A stretch of DNA of 64,000 bases, taken from NCBI GenBank assembly GCA_964016885.1, contig OZ024742.1:137826001-137890000 (forward strand), written 5' to 3'. Positions 40,960-52,984 of the stretch are shown piece after piece (the stretch's first letter is position 1; every line of letters begins with the position of its first letter). The translations under genes and the position numbers were made by a program. Below the pieces are notes generated by a model. It saw only the letters and a list, made by a program, of their open reading frames with translations, was not told where the DNA came from and did not search any database. The DNA is from Eledone cirrhosa (lineage: Eukaryota).

Positions 40960-41805
40960 TAAAAATACATGGTATAATGGTAATCAAGAATAGAGATCAT
41001 TAATTGAATTTGTTATTTGTTCTCAACTCTTCGATTTTGTGCTAGTTATTCGTGTTGTCAACTGATTACCATCTAGTTATCTGCAACCTGGGACTATTTA
41101 AAACTAAAGAAGCTCACAAAACTCACAGATCCAGATCAAACTACAGGATAAAGTGGGAAGTGTTGGTGAATACAGGAAATCAGGGTCAGATATTCAGGAA
41201 GTATTGCATCCAAATTCAGAGAACGCCTTGAGCAAACTGAGGACGTTGAAAGAGAGTGGGAATTGATCAGCTCAGCTATTAAATGCTGCGTGAGAAAGAA
41301 GCTTGGTGTGGCGCCGGACGACAGTAGGTCCACTTGGTTCAAAGGTGCCACCTGAGCAAAGAAGGGGGCCTCCAAAACATGGCTTGATTATAAGTCATCC
41401 TTCTTGTATTTGCGATACAAGCAGGCAAGAAGGATTGCTACAGAAACAGTAAAGTTATCCAAAGTTCAGACATTGAAAGATTTTAGCTGGAATACGACAC
41501 CTGATCTGGCAGATCATCCGCCGACTTCCTAATAAACATTCATGTTCCAGACCTGCTATTAGGGACGCGTCAGCGGTTCTCTTCTTTTCAGAGAGGTGCA
41601 TCCTCCCGAGTTGGAGAGAACATTTTTCTGATCTCTTAAATTTGATCACAAATGCATCGATGAGCAATGGCTAATTTCTCAGCGGTTGAGATCACAAGAG
41701 CAATTAAGGGGCTCAAATGTGGCAAGGCCGCTGAGGCAGATGAAATTCGCCCCGAAATGTTAAAAACCTTGAATAGAGGAGGTATTCTCTGGCTGACACG
41801 TGTGT
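40960..41805 (+). pseudogene. RTE-clade LINE middle part in inverted orientation
   Basis: RSLIEF..TDYHLV (APE end), WREHFSDLLN, CGKAAEADEIRPEMLKTLNRGGILWLTRV. Confidence 0.75.
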
Positions 41806-42275
41806 GAGGGGTAGATGGATATCAACGCCTATTTTATATAAAATGGAAACTTAATATCTGTGCAAAATGAAAACTCTAATGGATAGTAACTTAACGCAAT
41901 ATCGCATGGACATTTTGGCTGTCACATTACCGATTCAGCAATCTGCCATTGCCAAGTTTTAATCCAAATTCGTATAATTCTGATCCACATATCTTCATGA
42001 GTAAATGCCTGGCCAAGTATGATATTTTGAACAGTATCTCTAATGATACTATCGATGTAGATGATGCTTTAAGATTTTCATGCATATATTGTATTCTATT
42101 TCATTTTCTACTTCAGCATTCAGTGTCCCACTAACCTAACGCGTATGTCTACAAGTATCTGAAAACATACAAATAACAGCGACCTTTTCTTCGATATTAA
42201 TGTTGTTTAAATTGGATTTTGCAACTACAAAATGCAAAGTCAAGCAGAAAATTAAGTCTATTGAGGTTAGCTTAC

Positions 42276-42711
42276 CTTTATCGATCTAAGACGTAGCCAA
42301 ATCAAAATACAGCACAAAGAGATTTAAATTCACGAGAATATGACATTGGAATTGATATTATGAATTATTTAGTCAAGGTCTTTGACGTTTAGGTGGAATT
42401 TGCAATACAGTTTCAATATTAGATTTAACTGCAGTAATCTCTTTTAGAATGTCTGAAACGATTAATCTCTATGTAGACGTAACTCATTGCGTATGAATTT
42501 AATAGTTTGTAGATTTTCTTTACTGACTAATCTGCTATATAATACGATTACAAACCAAGGAAATATTACTTACCTTTGTCCCAATTTGAGCCAGATAATT
42601 TTACAATATCGAGTGTACACCACATTTCTCTTGGAGTAAATTGCACAAATATGTATTCCTCTATATGTGCGTATTCCCACATAAGTAAATTCAAATAGTC
42701 ATAGCTATTGG
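42276..42711 (-). other. Two candidate spliced exons of an unidentified gene or pseudogene
   Basis: Exon 42711-42574 (cag|..AAG|gtaagt, open 45 aa) and 42452-42276 (tttcag|..AAG|gtaagc); phase-1 join reads ..MWCTLDIVKLSGSNWDK-D-ILKEITAVKSNIETVLQIPPKRQRP*. Confidence 0.35.
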
Positions 42712-43463
42712 CTGAATGCCAGAATTAACCAAAATGAAGTTGTTTTTACACTCTTAATCAGCCTAGTACAATTCATACACTACTCAATCGATCAAGAGTT
42801 AGCCGTCTTTCAAGCGAAAGAGTACGTGTACTTAGTTCATTTTCTTATGTTAGATGGTATAGAAAGAAAGAAAAATGAAATATAAACAGACGGAAAATGA
42901 GAACGTAAAATAAAATGATAGCATCCATTCATCTATTATCAATATCAGATACTAAATTCAAAGATGTCTCCAGTCTTTAGAAGCTCTAGCCATACTTATT
43001 AGACCCAAAACTCTAGATCACCAGGGAGGATTCTTACTTTCGTCTCAAAGCCGATATAATTATTTCAACTTACTACAATAGTGTGATTGAAAGTTTGGTC
43101 ATTAATAAATTGCGTATTATCTCTTGTGTGAAACGTGTGAGGTGTATTTCTAAATAAAATAATTTCTAAAATATTGTTAAATAAAGAATAGGTGGCCAAT
43201 TGACAAATGATTTGGGGGCGATGGTCACAATTCTATGTTAGAATAATATGGCTATTAACTTTACCTTTTAACGTTTCGGGATTGCGTATCATTATGTTAA
43301 TAGGTGTTGTGTACTGGTTGTGTAATCGTTGTTTGGAATACCTTGCAGTGAATCTTCTTCCTGCACTTAGAGTCCTGAACTAAATCCCTGCATAGCATAC
43401 CTCTTCCTATGGAGAAGATGGGATCCCAGCGTGGATAGCATGAAGACGATTCATTGTCTTTAA

Positions 43464-43967
43464 TCTGTTGAACGTAGATGCTATTTATCTGTTGAACGTA
43501 GATGCTATTTATCTGTTGAACGTAGATGCTATTTATCTGTTGAACGTAGATGCTATTTATCTGTTGAACGTAGATGCTATTTATCTGTTGAACGTAGATG
43601 CTATTTATCTGTTGAACGTAGATGCTATTTATCTGTTGAACGTAGATGCTATTTATCTGTTGAACGTAGATGCTATTTATCTGTTGAACGTAGATGCTAT
43701 TTATTGTTGAACGTAGATGCTATTTATCTGTTGAACGTAGATGCTATTTATTGTTGAACGTAGATGCTATTTATTGTTGAACGTAGATGCTATTTATTGT
43801 TGAACGTAGATGCTATTTATTGTTGAACGTAGATGCTATTTATCTGTTGAACGTAGATGCTATTTATTGTTGAACGTAGATGCTATTTATTGTTGAACGT
43901 AGATGCTATTTATCTGTTGAACGTAGATGCTATTTATCTGTTGAACGTAGATGCTATTTATTGTTGA
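43464..43967. repeat. 24/23-bp minisatellite (~21 units)
   Basis: Unit t(c)tgttgaacgtagatgctattta, no spacers. Confidence 0.97.
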
Positions 43968-44357
43968 CATGATTTGAACTGAAAAGGTGGTGTAAGCTTA
44001 TGCAAATTCCATGTAGTTAAAATACACAATATGTGGAACCCATTACGCTAATGATCATGGGGTTCCTGGTAAATATAACGATGGAAACAATGAGATGTCT
44101 AGTTGTAATAGCGACAACGATGGCAATAGCCTCTATGACGAGGACGACGATGATGTCAACTAAAAGGATGATGTCATGCTGATGAAGTAGACGTTGATGA
44201 AAATTATAGTGATGATAAAAAATATGGAGGCGTGGAGGTTGTTTTTCATAACAATATGGATGTCTATGACGATTACGATGTTTATTATAATGATGAAGAA
44301 GAATTACAAAAATGAATGCGTTTAAAAATACCACTGATCATATAGTCGACGAAAAAG

Positions 44358-44371
44358 ATGATGAGGATGAC

Positions 44372-44439
<68 letters not shown>
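44358..44439. repeat. (GAT)n microsatellite
   Basis: Trinucleotide run. Confidence 0.95.
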
Positions 44440-46084
44440 CTCACAGTGATTGCAGCGTGACAAACTGACGGCAATCCATATTTAGGGACATGCCAGAATC
44501 TCAAATATTAAAATACACACACCCGAAATATTTCTTTACTTAGAGTAACACTCAGTACAGACATTCCACCCAATATTTTGCAATTGATGTCTAAAAAGTT
44601 GCATTCACCATTAGGAAATATAAGGTTTTTACTGGATCCTTTAATCTGTATGGAGAAAACAGGATTCGTTCGAATCATACTCCATCATGTAATGCAATAA
44701 TTTACTGCATTATGCAGGAAGAGCTATATTTTGCCCAACAATGATAAACACGGAGAGTTAACATCGTGATCATCTTTGCTCATAGATCTTCTCTATCAAA
44801 ACCAACTAGAAAAAAAAAACTTTTACATTCTTTTATACTCATAATTCCTTATGATGTAAGTGTGCATGACAACGCGTTGCTTTCAACGAGTGTCTAAATA
44901 TAATTCCGAAATAAAAAAAGACAAACAATTATCAGTATTTTAGACTTAATATGAAAGAATATGTCACTATTGTTTTCGTGCAGATTGCTGTCGCTATATC
45001 CCACTTCGAATGTGGGGTATTCAGAAACACTGGAAACTTGAGGTAATTTAAAATTACTGAACAATGCTGGACAATGACAGGACAATGTTGGAATTTGTAT
45101 TGTGGTGTCACAAATACTGCTCTGCTTTGTATTTGGAAATACTTCTGTTTATGGAAGGGCACCATTGAAAACATTTTCTATATGCTAACTCTGTATCAAT
45201 TCAATCCAAATATGATTTAGTCTATTTCATAAGTGTAGTTCATAAGTGTTTGAACTCCACATCAGTAGCTGTTTCGGAATTCTGGAAGAAAACAACAAAA
45301 CAAAATCTAACAGGAATAACAATTACGGCCAATGAAAATAATCAAATAACCAAATGTGATACTATTTTTATATGTAAAAGTCTATATTAACTGTTCAGTA
45401 GACTTAAACAAAAACCATGTTCGTATTAGATCCTTTCCTCCAAACAAAATCAGGCCTTCCCCTATATATTTTGTTTTGTTTTCCTTTTGGTTTGTTATCA
45501 AACGCTTCGTTTTCTGTTTATTGCTCAAGCTAAAGGGGAAATTTCAATTAAATGAAAACTTTTTTCGTATCCCATTAGGTACAACACCCTTTACTGCAAT
45601 TATCTAAATTCATGCTTGTGTCTTGTTTGAATTATTTTCTTTAATACATTTTATTTTTAACTATAAAATCGATATAATTATTATGCTTGCGCGTATGAGA
45701 CGGGGATGGATGAAGGGTAGAATAAGAGAAAATATTTGATAAAAGAAACGTTGTATGGAAAGTGAGAAAGTGAAGAATGTTGAAGAGACGGGGATTGTAA
45801 CAGCGTGAGGCAAAAGAAAAAAGAAGGCCATATAGATATGAATGGAGAAGCATTAAAGTTACGCGTCTGAAATAATTGTGAGTCAATTGAAAGGGGGAGC
45901 AGCAAGGCTGTGACGCAATACGAAATACGAATACAAATGTAAGAACTGCAGTAAAAGGTGAGTTACATTTTTTAAATTTATATATGCACACACACAAATA
46001 CACACACACAAACACACACGCATGCACAAACACATACACACCACACACACACATATATATGTGTGTAAATATATATAGTTCAAA

Positions 46085-47525
46085 AGGACAAACAAACAAA
46101 CGCAGGAGTCAATAGCACATAGTTGTATTGTTGTATTTGTTTCACGCTTGATGTGAGCGGGTGAGGTTTTGACATTTCGGACATAAATCCTTCATCAGGA
46201 AAGTAGAGAGGAACTCCGAGTGGGAGTAATGAGGGTAGTAAGGAGGGAGGTAAACAAGAAGGACACGAAAAGAAGGGAAACATAAAAATAAATAAAAACA
46301 GAATTTAAAAAAAGTGAAAATAAAGTACGTGTCCGGGATAACAAGAGTGTGGTAGTGTGTATAGGGTTGGTAGAGGGGAAGAGTGGGAGAGAAATGTGAG
46401 GGAAGCAAGACAATCAGAGTCCGAGCGGGGATGACGGAAGGCAAAGTGTGTGCATATGTGTGTGTATGTGTGGATGTGGGTATGATAGTCTGGAAGGAAG
46501 CGAATGTATGTGAATGTAGGTTTTGAAAAAAACACTGTGTGTGTTGGGGGAAATATATGTCTGTGCGTGTATAGTCCTTGTATGGGTGTTGGTGTGTATG
46601 TGTGTGTGGATGGAGTGGTGCAGATGAGAGGAAATGAGAACGTGGCAAATTGAGAGACAGTGTGGTGTGAAATGTGGGTGTATGTGTAGATGCGCATGTA
46701 TGTGTGTGTGGTTAAATGAAGCGGATGCATGGTGTGTCTGTAGGTGATGTGGGTTCGTTTAAGGTGCGTAGTTGCGTGTGTGGAGGATTGGTGGAAGTGT
46801 CTGCGTGTGTCTATGTTTCTGTATACATTTTTGTGTGTTTGTGTTTGTGGATGGTAAAATCCTAGTGTACAGCGGTCGGATTTCAACGTGAGGTAAATTC
46901 CAAGTTCAAGTAAGAGAAACACACGATGAGGAAGTGAAATGGCAAAATGGCGTGCGCAACCAGAAGTGGTCAAGTCGAAAGAGTGGGAGGGGATGGTGGA
47001 GAGAATGGTGATGGCAGGACAATGTGTGAGAAGGAGGGGGGGGGAGGTGGCGCCAACAAAACATTACTTGATGGGTGAGAGTGATAGTGCTACTATGTTT
47101 GCGGAAGAGATAGTTAGCTGTGTAGACAGGCAGGTGTGTATGGGGGGAGGTGGCTGAGAGTGGCATCTGGGTATGTATGTGTGTATGGAGTTGTATATGT
47201 GTGTGTAGAAAGCGTAGTGGACAGACGAGGAGGTATTGTCGGTGTATGTGTGTGGGTACTGGGGATCGCTGAGTAATGTGTACATACACGTAAGTGAGTG
47301 TATGTAGTGGTGTGTGTGTCTGTGTTTATTTAGGGTATAAGTGCGTGTGTGTTTTAATGGTGTAGGGTGGTAGGGGACGTAGGTGAGGTGTGTGGTGGGG
47401 ACTTAGTGGATTAGAGAGTGACGGGGTGGAGGTAGAGTGTATGTGGATGTGGGTGGGGTTATTAGTAGTTTAGAGGGTGAAGCATGGGACCGAGGGCGGC
47501 TACGGTTCTGTTTCCAAGTAGACAA
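46085..47525 (-). mobile_element. PLE-like 3'UTR/pseudo-LTR remnant
   Basis: CA-rich minus strand like 29330-31500, ending in an HHR; boundaries approximate. Confidence 0.5.
46167..46202 (-). ncRNA. Minimal hammerhead, decayed
   Basis: tttc-CTGATGA-a-gga.tttatg.tcc-GAAA-t-GTC-aaaa (consistent with CpG decay of GAAACGTCG). Confidence 0.6.
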
Positions 47526-47927
47526 TGTTATTCAATGACAATTAATAAAGCACAGGTGCGTGATTTAATATGATAGCGGTTTACTTACCACAACCAGTCG
47601 TTAGTAAGGAACAATTAGATTTCATAATCTCCAGGGTTACAAAATTCATTGATGTTTTTGTTAGAGTAGTTAAAACCAATAAGGAAGAAAAAAAGCTGAA
47701 AAACTATAAATGAAACTATTGTATACAAGGAAGCATTAAGTTAATGGTATAAATTACGTTAATGATAATGATCTAATAATTCACATGAAAACACGAAAAC
47801 AAATAAATGGATGTTAGAAACCGTATTGTGTCACACTTGCCAACTAGCTTAGAATTTCCATGGAGAAATCATTTTAATCATTAATACCGAAAGGCAAAGC
47901 GATGAAGTTGTAACGCTGTCCACGTAT

Positions 47928-47928
<1 letters not shown>

Positions 47929-47983
<55 letters not shown>

Positions 47984-48072
47984 GCTGCTGCTACTGCTAC
48001 TACTGCTGCTACGGCTGCGACGGCTACTGCTACTAATACTAATACTCCTAACATTAATAATACTTTATTTAT

Positions 48073-48129
<57 letters not shown>
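47929..48129. repeat. (CTA)n ... (TAG)n inverted microsatellite pair
   Basis: Complementary trinucleotide runs about 90 bp apart. Confidence 0.9.
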
Positions 48130-48530
48130 CGTTTCTATTATATTTTTAATACATTCACAAATATCTCACTACTAATAGTAAACACAACTAAAACTAACAA
48201 TTCATATATAACGAAATACATGAAACAACATTCTGGTGTTTGAAAAAATACAGTTTTGATCGACATGTTAGATCTAGCTGCGAAATCTCCAACAAAACAC
48301 AAACTAATCTCTTATCATATGAATGATACATTGGGTAATGTTATAAAGGATGCAAAATTCCAAAAGAAATGAAACAAATAGTTCGGCCATGATCTGGAAT
48401 AGCTTTCATTACTGCTCTCTAATCGATTAGATCTGATCAGTGAATAAAACCCAACTGTGACATAGAGAATGTAGTGCTGATATTCATTGTACATATAATG
48501 TATGGTGAGGAGAGGCTTCTGTCTGCCACT

Positions 48531-49015
48531 GGTACCATTTACCTCAGTACAACCTGCTTCATGCTTTAGTGACTGAACCGGTTCTCCTGCAAGACCCCAG
48601 TGAGGAGATAAAGTGGAACCCTAGCAGCATAAACATAAGAGCTGTTAAAAGGGTAGATGGACTGCTCAGAGTCAACGGTCATCCACCCAAACTATATGTT
48701 AGCCTCGCTAACCTGTAATTGACCAAGCGTGATGAGTAAAGCTACACCCCTGACATGAATAAAACCTAACAAAAAGTGGTGAGGGCCAACCAAGGTGGGT
48801 TTCTTCTAAGAAGAATGAGAAGCCTCTGGTTTGGATTGGATCGGATAATGCAGATGCACCCTAGAAAATGTTTAGGAAGTTTGCTTCGCAATAATGAGAT
48901 CCCATGATCCATCCAGTTATGTGGCGTATTGGCCAAATGACATTTACCATAGCCTCAGATCGGTACATTCTTTATGAAGAAAGTTGGGTGTGAATGAAGT
49001 TGGCTAGATGGAAAC
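48531..49015 (+). mobile_element. Diverged relative of family B repeat
   Basis: Collinear motifs cagtacaacctg, gtgaggag, accct, gagtcaacgg.catcca, ttcttcta, ggattgg. Confidence 0.5.
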
Positions 49016-49299
49016 GGTTTAACAACTCTTCAAAAAGCCAGACTTGTCATGGGTGATGACGCGTAGAATCTGCCTGAGAATTACTGAAAGCGAATACGTG
49101 TTTGTGTAATGTTCAGACACGCGTAGGTTCATTTACTATCAGGTAATTCCGTTGATTAAAAGCCCAGAACAGTCATTATCAATATAGACGGTAGTTCATT
49201 CCATAGTTATTATATAAGAAAATAATTTTCATAGAAAAATAGAATCAAAGCAAAATTAGGAAAGACGCAAAGATTGTGAATGTGTGCAAAGGAATTAAT

Positions 49300-49500
49300 G
49301 ATAATGGTTTTTATGTAGGCACAAGGCCAATATATTTGTGGAAAAACCAAAGTTGATTTAACTCCAATACTTCAGCAGTACTTTATTTTTTCGACCGTGG
49401 AACGATGAAATGCTAAATTGATCTTGGCAGAATTTGAACTCAAAAAATAAAGAACCGGAACAAATAATACTAAATATGTGTCCAACCCTATAAATACTGT
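49300..49500 (-). mobile_element. Old SINE related to family A
   Basis: Diverged core and B-box (atttgaactc). Confidence 0.65.
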
Positions 49501-49636
49501 ATCACAACCATTGAGCGAGTCATACAGTCGTCTATATTTAAAAGGCAGTAACTGAAGAGCAAATTAGTTCATCACAACATAATATAAATAATGTTTTATC
49601 AGTGTGATTCAAACTCAAATCTTCATAGAATAACAC

Positions 49637-49820
49637 AATAGTTTCTACTTTTGGCACAAAGCCAACAATTATTCCAGTTCATTACTGGTACTTTATTTTA
49701 TCGACTGCGTAAGGATGAAGGGCAAAGTTAACCTCGGCGAGATCTGAACTCAGGTCGTAAATGGACGTAATACTATGCTGGAAAGCATGGCGTCTGACCA
49801 TTTTACCGATACTGCCAATC
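49637..49820 (-). mobile_element. SINE family A
   Basis: Reverse-complement copy. Confidence 0.88.
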
Positions 49821-50770
49821 AACATAATGTTGTAGAAGAAGAAGAAGAACGAGGAGATGGGGAGGGGGGGGGGGACATAATAGAAATGAAAGAAGCAATG
49901 GACAGAAGATATAAAAACTTCATGTTTAAAAAGAACGATAAGTAGCGTCTCCAAAATACCATATACAGGATCAGGGAGAAGAAGTAAAAAGTGCAAAGTT
50001 AATGTTTTTAGAATTTATTTAATTTGAAGGTGAATACAAAGCAAAAATGTAATATATTGAGCATTTTACTCCGTGCTCTTGTGATTCAGCAATCTTAGTA
50101 CCACGTAACCTGGAGTCAATTAAATAACTGAAGAACGGAATAACCTAAACTTTAGTTACATTTTGTTTTATTGAATATTTATTTCTAGAATAATTAATTT
50201 AGCTATAGAAACTTTTTTTTATATTTCTATTTCTATTATTGAATGCTTTTCCCCCTGTTCTAAATGGTTTAATATAGCCTAAATTGATTCTGGTTTCGAT
50301 TACTTTCTTACATTAAGCAATGGCGTCAATCCACCCATATATATTCTAATCGGTGCAAACAACTACGGCATCAACACACTAGAAAGAAAACACAATTACA
50401 ATGAATAAAGGAATTGTTATTATCAATGTTTCTATCTCACTCGCCAAATCAACCATACCAACTCTATAAGTAGCAGCACAAGTTATTAAATTCGTTTTCG
50501 ATTAATTGTAAGCTTTATTACAGAAAACGTATAAGTTAAATGAAATGAAATCAACAGGAAGACATTTTACAGATTTCTTTTATATCCAGCACTATTTACA
50601 TACTCATTTTGTTGTTCTATTCAGAACCATACAATGAATGGTGTACGTACGTTATATGTATATATATATATATAAAGATATATTATATATATAATAAAGA
50701 TACTTATATGTTGATGAATGTAATTGTTTAACTCTCTAACTCTCTCTCCTCTCCCTCTCTCTCTCGCTCT

Positions 50771-50854
<84 letters not shown>

Positions 50855-51258
50855 ATGTATGTATGTATATATATTATATATATATTCCCTTCTTTCAAAT
50901 TTCAAATGATTAATTATTTAGGATTGTGGTTCTTGCACCACAATAATTAAGTAATCCAAGTCTAAGCTAAATTAAGCATTCCACGCTGATTGTACAATTC
51001 TATAGGTGATACGTGTTCGTATAGTTTGTTACCCGATGAAGTATTGACACATGAATAATACAAAGACATGATGTTAATTTATAATATTTTATATTTCAAA
51101 TGACATCCGAACTGACATATCGAGTGATACGGTTTCGGACATTATTACATTTTATTGTCTGAAGAATCAAGTGATATGCTTTGTATAATTGAAAAGTGGG
51201 CATAGCCTGAAATGCACGTCACGTTACATTATGTAATAAAATATAATTTGAAATATGA

Positions 51259-51642
51259 ACTACTTTAAAACTGATAGCGAATGTTCTTCTAAATATTTTT
51301 AATTAAACATACGGTATATTACCAAATATACTATACATACATTCATGTATACATCACTATTTCAGAACACCAATACTAATACCTAATTTTTGCTGAGCCG
51401 GCAATCGGTCTATGAAATCAGCTCCTGATTATTACTGGAATTCTATAAGAATCCAGCTCCTATAATTTTGGACAAAGTGCGTGGTTTTGATAAATACAAT
51501 AAACAGCGAGAAACAGACTGTCAGCCTCTCTCCCTATATTTGCCGAAATAAGTAAGTGACATGGTCACTACTTTAAAACTGATAGCGAATGGTCTTCTAA
51601 ATGTTTTTAATTAAATATACGGTATATTGCCAAATATAATAT
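51259..51642 (+). mobile_element. ~308-bp non-coding HHR unit with terminal direct redundancy (family C)
   Basis: Direct repeat 51259-51335 / 51567-51642; homologous to 58927-59301 in opposite orientation. Confidence 0.7.
51483..51526 (+). ncRNA. U3-A8 hammerhead, stem II decayed
   Basis: ggtt-TTGATAA-..-GAAA-cagactg-TC-agcc. Confidence 0.55.
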
Positions 51643-51675
51643 ATATATATATATATATATGTATAATATATATAC

Positions 51676-51709
<34 letters not shown>

Positions 51710-51711
<2 letters not shown>

Positions 51712-51960
51712 ACTCATAATGAAGTTCTACCTTGAACAATTTGGAAATAGAAACACTAAATCAAATTCCTAAAAACATGAATGGGAGAACTTAATTGATT
51801 TACAAAACAAACCGAAATCTCTATCGAAGGAGCAGATAAAGTTAGTGCTGTTGCCATCATGAACTCAGAATACTGGAAAGATTTAGCATCTAAAATGATT
51901 GAGGATAAGAGTTTGTATGAAAGACCAGCCAGCTACAAACACGATAACATCAAAGACAAT
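51710..51960 (+). pseudogene. PLE RT N-terminal fragment
   Basis: EISIEGADKVSAVAIMNSEYWKDLA, homologous to the 26519 ORF. Confidence 0.7.
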
Positions 51961-52270
51961 TAAATGAAGGAGACGATAAGATCTGAATACATAAGGAGAG
52001 TAAGGAACATACTGAAACCACACCTGGATAGTAGAAATGCCTTAAGTGCTGTAAATGTCCGAGCTGTGTCTATTATTAGGTACAGTGCGGGAATTCTAAA
52101 ATGGAATGTAAACGAACAAAAAAGAACTGGACAGAAAGACAAGGGAATTAATGACCACCTACTGTATGTTTCATAAGAAGAGAAATCTAAATGTGGAAGT
52201 GGTCTAATCAGCGTAGAGGAATGTGTTCAGATAGAGAAGAGCTGCTACATAAATATGTGTTTGAGTGTAA
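51961..52270 (+). pseudogene. R4/Dong-like RT C-terminal fragment
   Basis: KETIRSEYIRRVRNILK..N...AVN..AVSIIRYSAGILKW..ELDRKTR..GLISVEECVQIE. Confidence 0.75.
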
Positions 52271-52772
52271 TGATTCAATTGATTGTTTGTCTATTTCGAA
52301 CGTTCAGATTATGAAAAGATGTGCGTAACTAAAGAGGAGTAAAAACAACTGTGACATTGAAATACCATACAATTCTGCAGAAAGCAAATAAAACATATGG
52401 AGGCGCAAATTAGAATTTAAGAAAAAAAAAATGTTTAATATAGGAAAAAACCCCAGAACCCGACAACAATTTTACCATTCGAAATGTAGGTCAGGACTTT
52501 ACTCAAGTGTCGTAAATAAAATGGAAGATACAAATGGTGATGAGAAGAATATATTTCTCTTCGATATGCAACACTGTAACTTAATGAAAGCACAACAGAA
52601 TACATGTGTAAAATATGGGAGTAAAATAACACACAACCTAATACAAAATTGGTGTCCCACACACTAGCGAACCTAAGTAGAAATATATATTAAAAAAAGA
52701 TATATCAGAAATTCAAATAGATCATCTTAAAGAGCAAAACAATTAACGTACACGAAACAACTCGCGAATGCA

Positions 52773-52965
52773 TAATGATTTCCTATATAGGCACAAGACC
52801 AGCAATTTTGGGGGAGGGGAAAGTCGATTAAATCGACCATCGACCCCGAAAGGATGAAAGGCAAAGTTAACCTCGGCCGGATTTGAACTCAGATCATAAA
52901 GGGCCGTAGCTCTATGCTGCAAAGCATGGGGTCCTACCCTCTACCGATACTACCAATCCACCACC
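52773..52965 (-). mobile_element. SINE family A, variant tail
   Basis: Same head and core; different 3' segment. Confidence 0.85.
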
Positions 52966-52984
52966 CTCTAGCGAATGAATTATA

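Noticed and set aside
43464-43967. CRISPR-like repeat array
   Set aside because: No unique spacers, no cas genes, eukaryotic context; it is a minisatellite
51120-51180. GAAACCGTA motif on the minus strand
   Set aside because: 5' core too degenerate and stem I register inconsistent
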